Below, piece by piece: positions 10,008 to 20,055 of a stretch of DNA of 38,997 nucleotides (positions are counted from its first letter, which is position 1; each line of letters opens with the position of its first letter). Source of the DNA: a virus (lineage: Duplodnaviria; Caudoviricetes); the IMG/VR virus record IMGVR_UViG_3300012347_000257, positions 1 to 38,997 of that record; one strand, 5' to 3'. Below the pieces are notes generated by a model, which saw only the letters and a program-made list of their open reading frames with translations, ran no database searches and was not told the origin of the DNA. Made by a program: the position numbers and the translations under genes.

Positions 10008-10545
10008 TTTTAGCTCCTTTAGCTTGAGCCATCATTTCTTTCATTTGTTCTAATGATGGTTCATAAGATGATTTGCCTGTTGCTTTATCTATTTGATATT
10101 TTTCCCATGTATTAATAACGTCAAACACCATTAGATCATAAGTAGTTGCTGTATCACGAATAACATGGGGTAAAATCCCCCATTCTTTTGCCATCGAACC
10201 AATTGAAACTAATCGAGCTGTTGTCCAATCGCCATTTGGATTTAATTGTTGATTACGCACTTGATCCATTTGTTGTAGCACAGCTCGTATAACATCCGGT
10301 ATTATTGAAATAGGTAATCTATCATCCGGTCCTAATAATAATTGTCCACTTGATGTTCTTATAATTGTTGCAAGTAAAGCCATTAGTTCGTTAGTAATTC
10401 CATTAGATTGGTGTTGATACAATGCAAAATAAGTTTCGATATCTACTTCGCTGTTCATATAAAAATCAATAGGTTCGCCAAACTGTTCTAGTATTCGTTT
10501 GCTGTCTAATGTAATCTTAATTAATTTAATGGCTGACAATTGCAT
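10000..10545 (-). CDS. Tail assembly chaperone, GT-like (G-like domain plus T-like extension)
   Basis: N-terminal ~90 aa align with 10548..10937; C-terminal MAKEWGILPH.I...T.YDL resembles T segments. Confidence 0.65.
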   Translation of the reverse strand: MQLSAIKLIKITLDSKRILEQFGEPIDFYMNSEVDIETYFALYQHQSNGITNELMALLATIIRTSSGQLLLGPDDRLPISIIPDVIRAVLQQMDQVRNQQLNPNGDWTTARLVSIGSMAKEWGILPHVIRDTATTYDLMVFDVINTWEKYQIDKATGKSSYEPSLEQMKEMMAQAKGAKNE

Positions 10546-10547
10546 GA

Positions 10548-10937
10548 TTAATCTTCTGTTATACCTGGTAATGATTCTTCTTTAATTTGTTCTTTAGCTT
10601 CGGCTTTTTTAACAGTATCAGAGACCATTTGATTACCTACAGCGGTAATTGCTCTACTCATTAAAATAACAGGTAAGGTTTCATTAGCAGATAGGATAGG
10701 TTTACTTTTCTTATCAACTAAAATTTTCTTCATTAAATTCGATAATTCGATTAAATTACCTTCGCTTTGATACTTAAAAAAATCAAAATATGATTGAATA
10801 TCTAAATGATCCATCATATAAAAAGTCACAGCTTCGCCGTATTGTTTGATAATATCTTCATCATCAATTTTAATTTCGATTAACTGGGGTTTGAGTTTAA
10901 GACTTGATAATTCCATTTTATTTGTTTCCTTTTTCAA
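10548..10937 (-). CDS. Tail assembly chaperone, G-like
   Basis: Lies between the tail tube and tape measure genes; paralogous to the next gene. Confidence 0.65.
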   Translation of the reverse strand: MKKETNKMELSSLKLKPQLIEIKIDDEDIIKQYGEAVTFYMMDHLDIQSYFDFFKYQSEGNLIELSNLMKKILVDKKSKPILSANETLPVILMSRAITAVGNQMVSDTVKKAEAKEQIKEESLPGITED

Positions 10938-11106
10938 TTAATTGATTGATCAATGCTAATCTAAATTTAGATTTTGAAGCAAGTTGATTTAAATTTCTTT
11001 GTGTTTCTTGTAATATCGCTTGTGCTTTAGCTTCATCTGCTAATAATGCACTTAGCATTTCATCATTTGATTTAAGCCACACATTGTGACTCTTATTATC
11101 ATCCAT
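10918..11106 (-). CDS. Small coiled-coil hypothetical protein
   Basis: 62 aa, AGGA RBS, overlaps the next ORF within the operon. Confidence 0.6.
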   Translation of the reverse strand: MDDNKSHNVWLKSNDEMLSALLADEAKAQAILQETQRNLNQLASKSKFRLALINQLIEKGNK

Positions 11107-11118
11107 AATTTGTTCCTA

Positions 11119-11140
11119 ATAAAAGGGGGATTACTCCCCC
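11119..11140 (-). terminator. Intrinsic terminator after the major tail gene
   Basis: Minus strand GGGGGA-GTAA-TCCCCC-TTTTAT. Confidence 0.75.
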
Positions 11141-11146
11141 ATATGA

Positions 11147-11623
11147 TTAACCGTTACGGGCTGTTGTCATTGCACCGTTTACTGCGATAGTAATTGGTGA
11201 CATCCATACTGGAGCTTCTGGGCTTACAGTTGGAGCTAATGATGTAATAAAACCGTTACCAGTTGTTACTGCGTCAGTAGTCAATGCTGTTTTACCTGCC
11301 CAATATAGTTTGAATGTTACTTCAACTTTATTTTGACTCAATCCCATTACGCCTAAACGTGGAGCCGAATCAGCAGTAGCTAATGCATCACCGAAGAACG
11401 CAACATCGTCAACAACTACGTTGGTTTCAATGCTATTGTCGCCTGGAGTGGTTAACTTCTGTGCATCTGCATTACAGAATGCTGTATAACTATAAACACC
11501 GGTTGAGTTATTCAAAGTGATGTCTTGTAAGCATGGTACTGTCAATACGTTGGTAGTATCGCCTACTACATAAATTTCCAATACTGGTTGTGTACCAGTC
11601 TTGTTTACACTAATATGTGCCAT
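11147..11623 (-). CDS. Major tail tube protein
   Basis: 158 aa; G.GFITSLAPTVSPEAPVW..PITIAVNG C-terminus, position before the chaperones, followed by a terminator. Confidence 0.8.
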   Translation of the reverse strand: MAHISVNKTGTQPVLEIYVVGDTTNVLTVPCLQDITLNNSTGVYSYTAFCNADAQKLTTPGDNSIETNVVVDDVAFFGDALATADSAPRLGVMGLSQNKVEVTFKLYWAGKTALTTDAVTTGNGFITSLAPTVSPEAPVWMSPITIAVNGAMTTARNG

Positions 11624-11636
11624 TTTATTCTTTCCT

Positions 11637-12029
11637 TTATATTGTATCTAATCTTTCTAGTTCGAACGAATATGATCGATATTCTGCTCTATTCAAATAA
11701 TTACGTGTTACACTGTATTTAACGTCGCTGTATTCACCCAATATTGTAGCATAGGGCAAATCAGTAATGACATCGGCTACTTGTGATAGCCGGTCATCGT
11801 CTTGAAAACTGACCACTACAATATCGAAATTGTCAACCGCTATAGTAACATTACCACATGCTTTAAAACCGCTAACCGGAGTACTAATACTAGCAATCAT
11901 TGGATTCGAAACATATATGCCGTGTCTCACGTTCGTTTCATCTGTTGGGATCTCGTCGAATATTTCAACACCCAACTGTTTCGATTTTAAGTAATCGATT
12001 AACTGTGTTTTAGTAACTGCCGGTAACAT
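11637..12029 (-). CDS. Tail terminator / head-tail joining protein
   Basis: 130 aa immediately upstream of the tail tube gene; call from synteny. Confidence 0.55.
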   Translation of the reverse strand: MLPAVTKTQLIDYLKSKQLGVEIFDEIPTDETNVRHGIYVSNPMIASISTPVSGFKACGNVTIAVDNFDIVVVSFQDDDRLSQVADVITDLPYATILGEYSDVKYSVTRNYLNRAEYRSYSFELERLDTI

Positions 12030-12547
12030 CAGAAGTATCTCCGATCGCCGTTATAGAAACTAGCATTTGAGTCGATGTTTTGTTCTGCAATATCGATCTG
12101 TCCATCTAAATCAATATCATAGAAGTTATTGATCTGAAGTGCTCTAAGCCATTCATCGTGATATCGAGTGATCGAATAATCATGATTGACTTTGTCTACT
12201 TCATTCACATTACTAACATCTGTTACCAACGTTGAATAGAACAATTCGAGTGCTTTAAAAACATGTAGTCTCTTGAGTGTGATGTTGTCTAGAAGAAGGT
12301 GGACTGGGTCAAAGTTCGAAAACATTAACCCGTTCTTGTATTTGTACAAATCTAAACCTTTAGTTTGGCGTTGTACGTAAACAGGAAACCACCCATTCTC
12401 GAGGTCCTCAAGTATCAACTGTGAGGCCTCATTCATATAATCACTCCAGGAAACATTTAGACTCGCAGCACGACGTTCAGCCGCAGGATCATATTTGATT
12501 ACATCATTTACGCCTGCATTTGAAACTTGTTGTACAAAGTCTGTCAT
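12029..12547 (-). CDS. Head-tail adaptor (head completion) protein
   Basis: 172 aa helical protein directly after the capsid gene; call from synteny. Confidence 0.55.
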   Translation of the reverse strand: MTDFVQQVSNAGVNDVIKYDPAAERRAASLNVSWSDYMNEASQLILEDLENGWFPVYVQRQTKGLDLYKYKNGLMFSNFDPVHLLLDNITLKRLHVFKALELFYSTLVTDVSNVNEVDKVNHDYSITRYHDEWLRALQINNFYDIDLDGQIDIAEQNIDSNASFYNGDRRYF

Positions 12548-12561
12548 GTTTCGTTACTCAA

Positions 12562-13527
12562 TTAAGCTTGCTTAATATGGATTGCACCACCGCGACGTGG
12601 GTCACCTACACCAGCACCCATGTAAGCAGTACCAGTTAACCAGGCTTGTAAACCACCGTCTTTCTCACCAGTTTTGATGTTCATGCCTTCTTTAACTACG
12701 GTATACAAAGAACCAGAATCAAAGTAAGCACCAACAAAGTTGTTACCGCTTGAAGCTAAGAATGTAGTGAATACAACTTGAATACCATAAATGTTTTGAA
12801 TCATACCAGTTGATAACAATTCGTTACCTAACATGGACAAATCAGCACCACCAGATTGTGATACAGCACCACCAGTTAATTCGCCTAACAAACGCTCATA
12901 TGATGGCACAGCACCGTTTGCATTCAATACAACAACTGGTTTACCAGGTAAGCGTGATGCTTTCCATTTACCAGCTACCATACGAATCAAACCTAATACA
13001 GAAATTGCTGAATCAGCATCTGCTGTGTCTGTGGAGAACAACAAATCTAATTTACCTAATGCTGATGGACGAACAAATCCGTCTGCACTGGTTGCATAAC
13101 TTGTATCACCACCAGTTTGCTTGTATGATGCAAAAGCAGCACAAACACGTTGATCAACTTTCTCATTGAAAGACTCACCAATTTCTTGACCTAAAGAAGC
13201 AGCCAATTGGAAAGAAGTTGTATAACCGTAGAAAATGTCGAATGCTGTCGCGGCTACTGTTGGAGTAGCTGTGATAGAAGATTGTAACAATGCTGGGTTT
13301 TGCTCAACAGCATCACCAGTAAAACCACCAGTACCAGCTGGGTTATAATCTTGCCATGTGATTGGAGCGAAACGTGGGATTTCGAAAACATTACCTTGAG
13401 TTGGAGTAACTACATTGGTAACATTAACTAAACCTTGAGATTCATGCACTGCCATGAGTGCGAAGTTTGCGATTGATTTTTCGAAGCCTAATGATTCACC
13501 ATTGCTTCCACCTAATACGTATGCCAT
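12562..13527 (-). CDS. Major capsid protein (HK97 fold)
   Basis: 321 aa after the scaffold gene; GNVFEIPRF, LGQEIGESFNEKVD and GMIQNIYGIQVV patterns; has its own promoters and RBS. Confidence 0.85.
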   Translation of the reverse strand: MAYVLGGSNGESLGFEKSIANFALMAVHESQGLVNVTNVVTPTQGNVFEIPRFAPITWQDYNPAGTGGFTGDAVEQNPALLQSSITATPTVAATAFDIFYGYTTSFQLAASLGQEIGESFNEKVDQRVCAAFASYKQTGGDTSYATSADGFVRPSALGKLDLLFSTDTADADSAISVLGLIRMVAGKWKASRLPGKPVVVLNANGAVPSYERLLGELTGGAVSQSGGADLSMLGNELLSTGMIQNIYGIQVVFTTFLASSGNNFVGAYFDSGSLYTVVKEGMNIKTGEKDGGLQAWLTGTAYMGAGVGDPRRGGAIHIKQA

Positions 13528-13550
13528 AATAAAAATTCCTTAATAAATTT

Positions 13551-13677
13551 GTACTATAGCACCTCGCTACAGTACGATACTGTCACATGTATTTAGCGTG
13601 ACTAGTATTTGGTTGACTGTGCGTTGTCATCGAAATATGTTTGTGATTGTAACGGAATCACCGATAATATATTTATA
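13551..13677 (-). promoter_or_regulatory. Tandem late promoters (TATAAATA at 13670-13677, TAAATA at 13590-13595) and a leader hairpin for the capsid gene
   Basis: Exact T4 late consensus TATAAATA; second box TAAATA-CAT-GT-G; hairpin GTACTGTAGC-GAGGT-GCTATAGTAC at 13551-13575. Confidence 0.7.
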
Positions 13678-13707
13678 TCAATTAAAACCAATTCAGCGTA
13701 TTATGTT

Positions 13708-13737
13708 AAAAGAAAAGCCCCTCAGCGGAGCTTCTCC
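13708..13737 (-). terminator. Intrinsic terminator after the scaffold gene
   Basis: Minus strand AAGCTCC-GCTGA-GGGGCTT-TTCTTTT. Confidence 0.65.
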
Positions 13738-13760
13738 TGGACACTAGTAGTGGCTATGCC

Positions 13761-14507
13761 TTACCTTTTTAGTGAACTCGATACAGATGTAGTTAATTTA
13801 CCCTTCATTCCTGTGTTCTTTTTACCTAAACCATTTGCTTGTGCCCATAATGCAAAAGCAGCTGGATCTGAAGCATAATCTGGTACTGCATTCATATTAA
13901 CTGTTGATCCACCACTACGCATACCTGGGCCCGAACCTGGTACTTGACTTTGTTTAAGTGTTTTTGGATACTGTTTACCAATTTCGGCTACTAAATCTTT
14001 AATACCTAGTGGCTGTCCATTGTCTAAATTATAACGCGGATTACCATTAGAATCGACGATACTCATACGATCGCCGTCCCATTTAATGTTAGCTTTTACC
14101 TTTGATACTACAAATTCTTGTAATTCAGGTTCAAACTGATCACCTAAGCTACCCATGATCTGGCTTTCTGTTTCGCGCTCACGCAGTTGTTGATCCTTAC
14201 GTGCCATAGCTTCTTGCATTGCAGCCAATTGTGCTTGTACTGCAGCCATACCATTGTCTTTACTTGGTGCAGGTTGCACTTGTGGAGCAGGAGATTGGGC
14301 TTGTGGGCCTGCTGATAAGCTTTGATTAGCGCGTGCTGACCAAGCAATCATTTCCTCAATAGAATTAAATTGCTGTCCGGTTGCAGCTTGAACTGCGGAT
14401 AAGATACCGCGAGTAGTTGATTTACGAATATCGCCTGGGTTAACTGCTGGTTGGGCTTCAGGCTGATCTGCTTGTTCTGGTACTGGGTTATTGATTTGAT
14501 TATCCAT
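13761..14507 (-). CDS. Capsid scaffolding protein
   Basis: 248 aa between portal and capsid; Q/P/A-rich, coiled coil, GSGPG-rich C-terminus; no protease motif seen. Confidence 0.75.
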   Translation of the reverse strand: MDNQINNPVPEQADQPEAQPAVNPGDIRKSTTRGILSAVQAATGQQFNSIEEMIAWSARANQSLSAGPQAQSPAPQVQPAPSKDNGMAAVQAQLAAMQEAMARKDQQLRERETESQIMGSLGDQFEPELQEFVVSKVKANIKWDGDRMSIVDSNGNPRYNLDNGQPLGIKDLVAEIGKQYPKTLKQSQVPGSGPGMRSGGSTVNMNAVPDYASDPAAFALWAQANGLGKKNTGMKGKLTTSVSSSLKR

Positions 14508-14529
14508 GATTAATTTCCTTATAAATTAT

Positions 14530-16113
14530 TTATCTATTTGCCATTCGAGCGACTTCACGCTGAACAGCTGATGCAGTACTTGAATAGGTTCGACCCACGG
14601 ATTGTATGCTTGGGTTTGATATTGTCGAATTACTTATACCATCCCATCCTTCCTCGCGACCTTCACGTTCACGATTCGCTGCCATTTGAGCTTCAAGTTC
14701 GGCTTGGTGTTCAGCATCTTCCATACGCTCTTGATCAATTTCAGCAATGTCAGCTGGTTCGACTACAATCTCTGGAATATCAGCATAGCTAGTGTCCGAT
14801 AATGATGGCTCTGGTTCTTCCATTGCTAACATGACTTTTAATTCAGCAGTGATCATTGCTTGTATCTCAGCATCATCTGGGGCCAATGTTTTAGCCTTTT
14901 CAAATAGCGCCAAGCGATATGTTGTGTCAAGATTGGAGTAGTTAGTGTTATATTTTACTTCACCTGCAAAGTTCAAGCCCATAAACTTAGCTGCATAAGT
15001 TAATACCATTTCCTCAGCTGTTTCTAAAAAGCGTGACTTGGTCTTAGCAATATTATGTATGGTTTTACGACTTTCGATAATTGATAAGCCACTTGCAATT
15101 TGATTTGAATTAACTGACAATCCGCTTAGTCCAGTCAAATCTGTTAAGTTCTTGAGAATTGCATCTTGTTGTGCTCGTATAATTGTAACATCAGTAACGT
15201 CGATACTAATACTTTCAATATCACCTGCGATACCGCGTACTACACCGCCTGCAAATGCTGGTACAGTTTTAATAGATGGTGCAACTCGAAGAATGCTCTT
15301 ACTAAAATTGATTGAAGAGTAAGCTTCTGTTTCCAACTGATATATCTCACGCATCGCATCTACTGAGCTGTCAATATCACTAATACCAATGTCACTAATA
15401 CGTGGGTCACGACGTGCAAATAACTGAACAGCAGGGATGCTCATACCAGGAGGTAGTTCACCAAAGTTCAGCAATTCTGGTTGCTTCTTTTCATTAGTCT
15501 TGCTAACTTCCCAACGTTCCCAGCGGGTTGGTGTACCAATTAAGTTATCACCCATTTTATAAATTACAAAGTAATAACAGTCATCAGTCTCTTGTTCGAC
15601 TATTTTAATTTCGCTTAAGAAGTTCTTACCATTGTAGTTTTCAAACTCCCAATCCCAAACAGACATTGGACTAACAACATTAACATATGGGCGACTTTCT
15701 GGAGTTGGCTTATCAACCATTAACCACACATGTCCGAATATACTAGCCATTACACTCGCATTAGCCATAGTAGCTGTCATATCGTTATTTGCATAATCGG
15801 TATCCATCATAAACAGTTTGGCCCAATCTGGTGTGCCAACTAATGCACCGCTGTTATTGATAAACTGGATATTACGAGTTTGTCCTGTTTCAAATATAGT
15901 ATCATTAATGCGATCTACCACATAACGTGCGATGGGCATTAAGCCAGTATTCTTAATTAAATCTTCGTATATCTTAACGTCTTCGGAGGGGCGTTTGACT
16001 CGTGTTGTTCGTTTAAAGGTGTCGTTCGCAAGATACGAATCCATATACGCTTGCATTGTTGCTCGCGTTGCCATATAGATTCCGTGTTGTTTCAGTAGTT
16101 CTTTTCTGTTCAT
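14530..16113 (-). CDS. Portal protein
   Basis: 527 aa after TerL; ASIFGHVWLMVDKP...RPYV and SG.S patterns of SPP1-like portals; acidic C-terminal tail. Confidence 0.88.
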   Translation of the reverse strand: MNRKELLKQHGIYMATRATMQAYMDSYLANDTFKRTTRVKRPSEDVKIYEDLIKNTGLMPIARYVVDRINDTIFETGQTRNIQFINNSGALVGTPDWAKLFMMDTDYANNDMTATMANASVMASIFGHVWLMVDKPTPESRPYVNVVSPMSVWDWEFENYNGKNFLSEIKIVEQETDDCYYFVIYKMGDNLIGTPTRWERWEVSKTNEKKQPELLNFGELPPGMSIPAVQLFARRDPRISDIGISDIDSSVDAMREIYQLETEAYSSINFSKSILRVAPSIKTVPAFAGGVVRGIAGDIESISIDVTDVTIIRAQQDAILKNLTDLTGLSGLSVNSNQIASGLSIIESRKTIHNIAKTKSRFLETAEEMVLTYAAKFMGLNFAGEVKYNTNYSNLDTTYRLALFEKAKTLAPDDAEIQAMITAELKVMLAMEEPEPSLSDTSYADIPEIVVEPADIAEIDQERMEDAEHQAELEAQMAANREREGREEGWDGISNSTISNPSIQSVGRTYSSTASAVQREVARMANR

Positions 16114-16127
16114 GTTAGTTTTTCCAT

Positions 16128-17552
16128 TTAGTTCCAGCCGCGATAACCTGTATCAGTATCGTCGTTTTCAAGTTCTTCCCATGTTGGTCCACCGGGGAAC
16201 AACGGTGATGTGGGCATATGATCGATTCCCACATTTGGTAATTTGTTACCGCGATAGTGAGCTTTTGTGCTCATATCAACGTGTTGTAATTGAAATAAGT
16301 GATGTATTCCGTATCGTAAAGCATCGCCTAAACCGTCTATATGCATGAACTTTGCTTCACTATATTTCACTAATTTCTTTCGGGTACCATCCTCGTAGTG
16401 GTAGGATTGTAATGCTTCTTGTAATAACAAATCATTCTTGTCAACAGACAATCGCCCTTGACTAATAAAAGCATTGGCGGAGTTATCAGTATCCGTAATA
16501 AGTGGATTACCCTTAGTAGTATTTATTATACTAAAGCCGTATTTCTCTAATAGTGTGCGATCAGTAACTCCAAATGCACTTGTAGTATCTCGATTAACCT
16601 GAGTACCACTCATATCTATAATAGAGTTTATTCTGCGTTTAGGAAAGTCTGCTCGGATAGCTTGGGCAATACCTTCTGTGCTACAATCAGCAATTGCATA
16701 ACTCTTTAATATCTCAATAGTACCTTTATCCGAATATGGGTTATTCACACGTGCAACAATAGCCGCCATGCGCTTCTTATTAAAGTCATGAAACGAATAT
16801 AGTTCAGGCCTGTTATCATCGACAATATCTTTAGTGTATTTTATCGTATCCCAACTGTAATAAAACTGATCTTCAACTGAGTCAAAGCTTACTAAGTAAT
16901 CACTTGCAAACTTCATTGGACTTAGTATCTTCTTTTGATTTTCGATAAACTCTAAGTTACCACTACGCATCTGCAGATAATTATAGTGACGAACAATCCA
17001 ATGTTCTGGATCAGCTACTGCTTGCTGATACATTGTATATAATGGGCCAGCACCTTTAGGAGTTGATATAATAATCATACGGCCCGGACTATCTGTACTA
17101 CCAACACGTGGTCTTAGTCGATTGGTTAACTCTTGTAACACTTCTTCACTAAACAAACTGGCCTCATCACACAAGATAATACCAGCATTCATACCTCGAA
17201 TACGCTCTCTAATTTCAGCTGATTTACAGCGAATATGTGTCTTACCAATCTTAATAATAAAGTCTTGATTATTAATATCTTTAGGATTAACACCATATGT
17301 ATTAATACACGTGTCTTTCAGTGTATTCCAAATATTAGTCTTAATCATGTCGGTACTGCCCGTGATAAACACAACATCTTTACCTTTGTGATATCTAGGG
17401 TTACTTGCAAAGAGCGGTAATGCAATGGCCGCAAGATGACTTTTACCTGCACCAGCATGTATGATATCCATACAGTTCTTATCAGTATTAAGCCAATCGT
17501 TTAATATTTCAGCTTGTTTACCGTATAAACTAAACTCAATCTTCTGCGTCAT
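16128..17552 (-). CDS. terL: Terminase large subunit
   Basis: Walker A AGAGKS, Walker B IILCDEA, coupling motif ISTP.G, nuclease FHDFN and DGLGDALRY. Confidence 0.95.
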   Translation of the reverse strand: MTQKIEFSLYGKQAEILNDWLNTDKNCMDIIHAGAGKSHLAAIALPLFASNPRYHKGKDVVFITGSTDMIKTNIWNTLKDTCINTYGVNPKDINNQDFIIKIGKTHIRCKSAEIRERIRGMNAGIILCDEASLFSEEVLQELTNRLRPRVGSTDSPGRMIIISTPKGAGPLYTMYQQAVADPEHWIVRHYNYLQMRSGNLEFIENQKKILSPMKFASDYLVSFDSVEDQFYYSWDTIKYTKDIVDDNRPELYSFHDFNKKRMAAIVARVNNPYSDKGTIEILKSYAIADCSTEGIAQAIRADFPKRRINSIIDMSGTQVNRDTTSAFGVTDRTLLEKYGFSIINTTKGNPLITDTDNSANAFISQGRLSVDKNDLLLQEALQSYHYEDGTRKKLVKYSEAKFMHIDGLGDALRYGIHHLFQLQHVDMSTKAHYRGNKLPNVGIDHMPTSPLFPGGPTWEELENDDTDTGYRGWN

Positions 17553-17910
17553 CTGGGAAGCCGGGATTCTTTCGGGTTACGAATACCAGTTGTGCACCTT
17601 GTAATGGATTACCGTCAGTGGTAATATCAATTTCACTTGTATCAGCTACTACCTTAGAGATAATCAGCGCATCATACTTAGCAATAATAGCTTTATCTTG
17701 ATCTAATATGGCAGTCTGATAGTTAATAGCCAACTGTTTTTCAAATGGCACACCGATTGTTGCGTCAATCTCTCGTAATAAGTTAGCCGCAGTTAATTTA
17801 TTACCGGAACCTTTCTTACGTCCGCTACCAGGACGAGCACCGCCAGTCAGACCTTTTCTACTTGTGCCTTTTTTCTTTGGCTTTTCAATCGATGATTCAT
17901 TTTCAATCAT
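17536..17910 (-). CDS. terS: Terminase small subunit
   Basis: GGARPGSGRKKGSGNK motif, EIDITTDG C-terminus, overlaps the terL start. Confidence 0.8.
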   Translation of the reverse strand: MIENESSIEKPKKKGTSRKGLTGGARPGSGRKKGSGNKLTAANLLREIDATIGVPFEKQLAINYQTAILDQDKAIIAKYDALIISKVVADTSEIDITTDGNPLQGAQLVFVTRKNPGFPDDAED

Positions 17911-18470
17911 TTTGTTTCCTTATATTCGACGTATACGCGTTTTAGCATTTTGGCTAATAGAAACTGTGACTTTAAATCACCTTCTTGAAAGGTTTTAATA
18001 GTCAAGTTTAACAAGTCATCAGCTGATAAATTGCGTATACTTGTGGGTGTATAAATTGCATATTCATCGAGATAGTCACCACCTAACATACCAGCTGATG
18101 AATAAGCCCATACTTCATTAAAGTATTGTTCAATATTCTTTGTTGTTAATAGCAATGGATCTTTGCGCTTAAGATTAATTAATCGGCGTGCTTCAACTGA
18201 GCAAGCTGTCCAACTAGTAATACCTTTGACTAGTATTTCTTTTTTCCAATCATGATCGTCACCTCTGTTTGACAGCAATTGTTTCATGTGCCAATTGGCG
18301 CTACCGTAACCATCATCGGGATGACAGTTCTTACCTCTTCGGGGTTCGATATAATAATGACCAGTTACTTGATTACGATGCTGAAACACATAAAACTCTT
18401 CGTTTCCTGTGTATTGCTGCCATTCTTCATCTTGTTGTTTCATCTCTTCGGGTGTATAATGGTCGCTCAT
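17907..18470 (-). CDS. Degenerate GIY-YIG (Seg-like) domain protein
   Basis: FYVFQHRNQVTGHYYIE...DDGYGS...KKEIL...E..LI follows the Seg-like GIY-YIG layout, with YIG changed to YIE. Confidence 0.55.
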   Translation of the reverse strand: MSDHYTPEEMKQQDEEWQQYTGNEEFYVFQHRNQVTGHYYIEPRRGKNCHPDDGYGSANWHMKQLLSNRGDDHDWKKEILVKGITSWTACSVEARRLINLKRKDPLLLTTKNIEQYFNEVWAYSSAGMLGGDYLDEYAIYTPTSIRNLSADDLLNLTIKTFQEGDLKSQFLLAKMLKRVYVEYKETK

Positions 18471-18913
18471 AAATAGAATACCTCGTAATTTGTTGGGTCG
18501 TCTTCTGGATCTAGTCCATCAAATATTTGTTTAGTTTGTTTGCACTTGTATTTCTTAGTGCCAAAGGGTGTAATAACTCGTTGATTAGCTTCAGTCCATG
18601 ATTGCTTAGCTCTGTTATACCGTTCAACTCCGATTATCTCACTAATCCATGTGGTTGCATCGCTTACTGAAAAGTTAACGTCCCATTTGCTTGTAGCAAT
18701 GATATTCATACGATCAATAATCATATCTAATTCAATCGGAGTTAGAAATGGGCTTAACTCAGCAACTATCTTATCTAGTAACTGAGTTCTGGGTAACATT
18801 GGCCTATCAACTAGGCCTTTTAAATCATTGTGCATTTTCAATTTGTTTAATTTGTTTGTCGATTTTATCAAATAGCAAACGATACTTTTGTACTGTAATT
18901 GAGTACGCTTCAC
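18467..18913 (-). CDS. Hypothetical protein (start uncertain)
   Basis: In-operon ORF overlapping the next start. Confidence 0.6.
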   Translation of the reverse strand: MKRTQLQYKSIVCYLIKSTNKLNKLKMHNDLKGLVDRPMLPRTQLLDKIVAELSPFLTPIELDMIIDRMNIIATSKWDVNFSVSDATTWISEIIGVERYNRAKQSWTEANQRVITPFGTKKYKCKQTKQIFDGLDPEDDPTNYEVFYL

Positions 18914-18954
18914 GTTTGGATTTCATTACCTTTAGTTTAAAATTCTTAAGCCAA

Positions 18955-19164
18955 TTACTCATTTGAATCTGCCTCTGTTGTCATTGGTACTACTAGGGTT
19001 TCAAGAAACTTATAAATGATATTCAATGCTAATAAGTGATTTTCTGTTTCGCTTGTTTGTTCTGCGGGGACTAAGTTAGCTAACTTAGTAAACTCAGCAG
19101 CAATTTCTTCTTTAAGTTCCGGGACATTAACGTATAATTGATTTTCGATATGTATGTATTTCAT
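18955..19164 (-). CDS. Hypothetical protein
   Basis: AAGGA RBS and an upstream TAAATA at 19182-19187. Confidence 0.65.
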   Translation of the reverse strand: MKYIHIENQLYVNVPELKEEIAAEFTKLANLVPAEQTSETENHLLALNIIYKFLETLVVPMTTEADSNE

Positions 19165-19233
19165 TTGTTTTCCTTATATTATATTTATTAAATGCGAAAG
19201 AACAGCCACATAATGACTGTTCATATACGCTAA

Positions 19234-19674
19234 TTATGGTCCGACGATAACTGGTGTTACAATCTCTGGACGTACGATAACTGGATCTTTACCAGCTGCG
19301 CTAATACCAGCACCGATTGTTTTGCTTAGTTGACTTGCACCATATGCCATGCCGCCGATATTAAGTGCTTGACTAGCAATATCTCCAGCAATTTCACCTG
19401 GTGTTTTAGCTACGCGGATTGCAGTCGGACGACCGCCTAATGTTTGTACCGGAACAGTACCATTTTGTACAATTGCACAAAATGCTCGCTCGATAGTATT
19501 AGTTGCTGTATCATAACATTTGTTATTAACATCCAATGCTTTCATTTGTGTGCTTTGATAACTGATGTTGCTTTCCGAATTAGCAGCAACTCCTGTTACA
19601 TAACTTGACTCTCCCATTGTACTACACGCTGTCATTGAAACGGCAGCCAGTACTAATAAAATATATTTGAACAT
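19234..19674 (-). CDS. Putative lipoprotein
   Basis: Signal peptide with lipobox (MFKYILLVLAAVSMTA-C) and an AAGGA RBS. Confidence 0.7.
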   Translation of the reverse strand: MFKYILLVLAAVSMTACSTMGESSYVTGVAANSESNISYQSTQMKALDVNNKCYDTATNTIERAFCAIVQNGTVPVQTLGGRPTAIRVAKTPGEIAGDIASQALNIGGMAYGASQLSKTIGAGISAAGKDPVIVRPEIVTPVIVGP

Positions 19675-19692
19675 GATTGATTCCTTTATAAA

Positions 19693-20055
19693 TTATTTAG
19701 CAGTCTTAGGTAATCTTGGGTTTTTATTATTGCAATTTTCTTTATGGGTTATATATCTGAGATTGCTTACATGGTTGTTAAGTCTATTACGATCAATGTG
19801 ATCTACTTCATATCCAACTGGACATGGGCCGAAAAATGCTTCTGCAACTAATTTATGTACGGCAATAGTTCGCTGTTTTAAACCTCTGCGTTTGAAGTTA
19901 ATTGCTCGATAACCTTGAAATATGCGTCCGTTAAGCTCTCGTGTTTCTCCAGTGCATCTCCAATCTAAACTACGTACTAATCCAGTTGAGCTTACTTCGT
20001 AGAGATCTGGATAGTTTTCAATTGATACAGTGCGCCATTCGATATTTGTTGTCAT
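19693..20055 (-). CDS. NUMOD4-HNH homing endonuclease
   Basis: EWRTV...YEVSSTGLVRS (NUMOD4) and VHKLVAEAF...VDHIDRNRLNNHVSNLRY (HNH). Confidence 0.92.
   Translation of the reverse strand: MTTNIEWRTVSIENYPDLYEVSSTGLVRSLDWRCTGETRELNGRIFQGYRAINFKRRGLKQRTIAVHKLVAEAFFGPCPVGYEVDHIDRNRLNNHVSNLRYITHKENCNNKNPRLPKTAK

Noticed and set aside
5332-17910. Gene transfer agent or tailocin
   Set aside because: Head genes, a homing endonuclease, a replication-type gene and an accessory array are present and no host context is visible, which fits a replicating phage-like element better.
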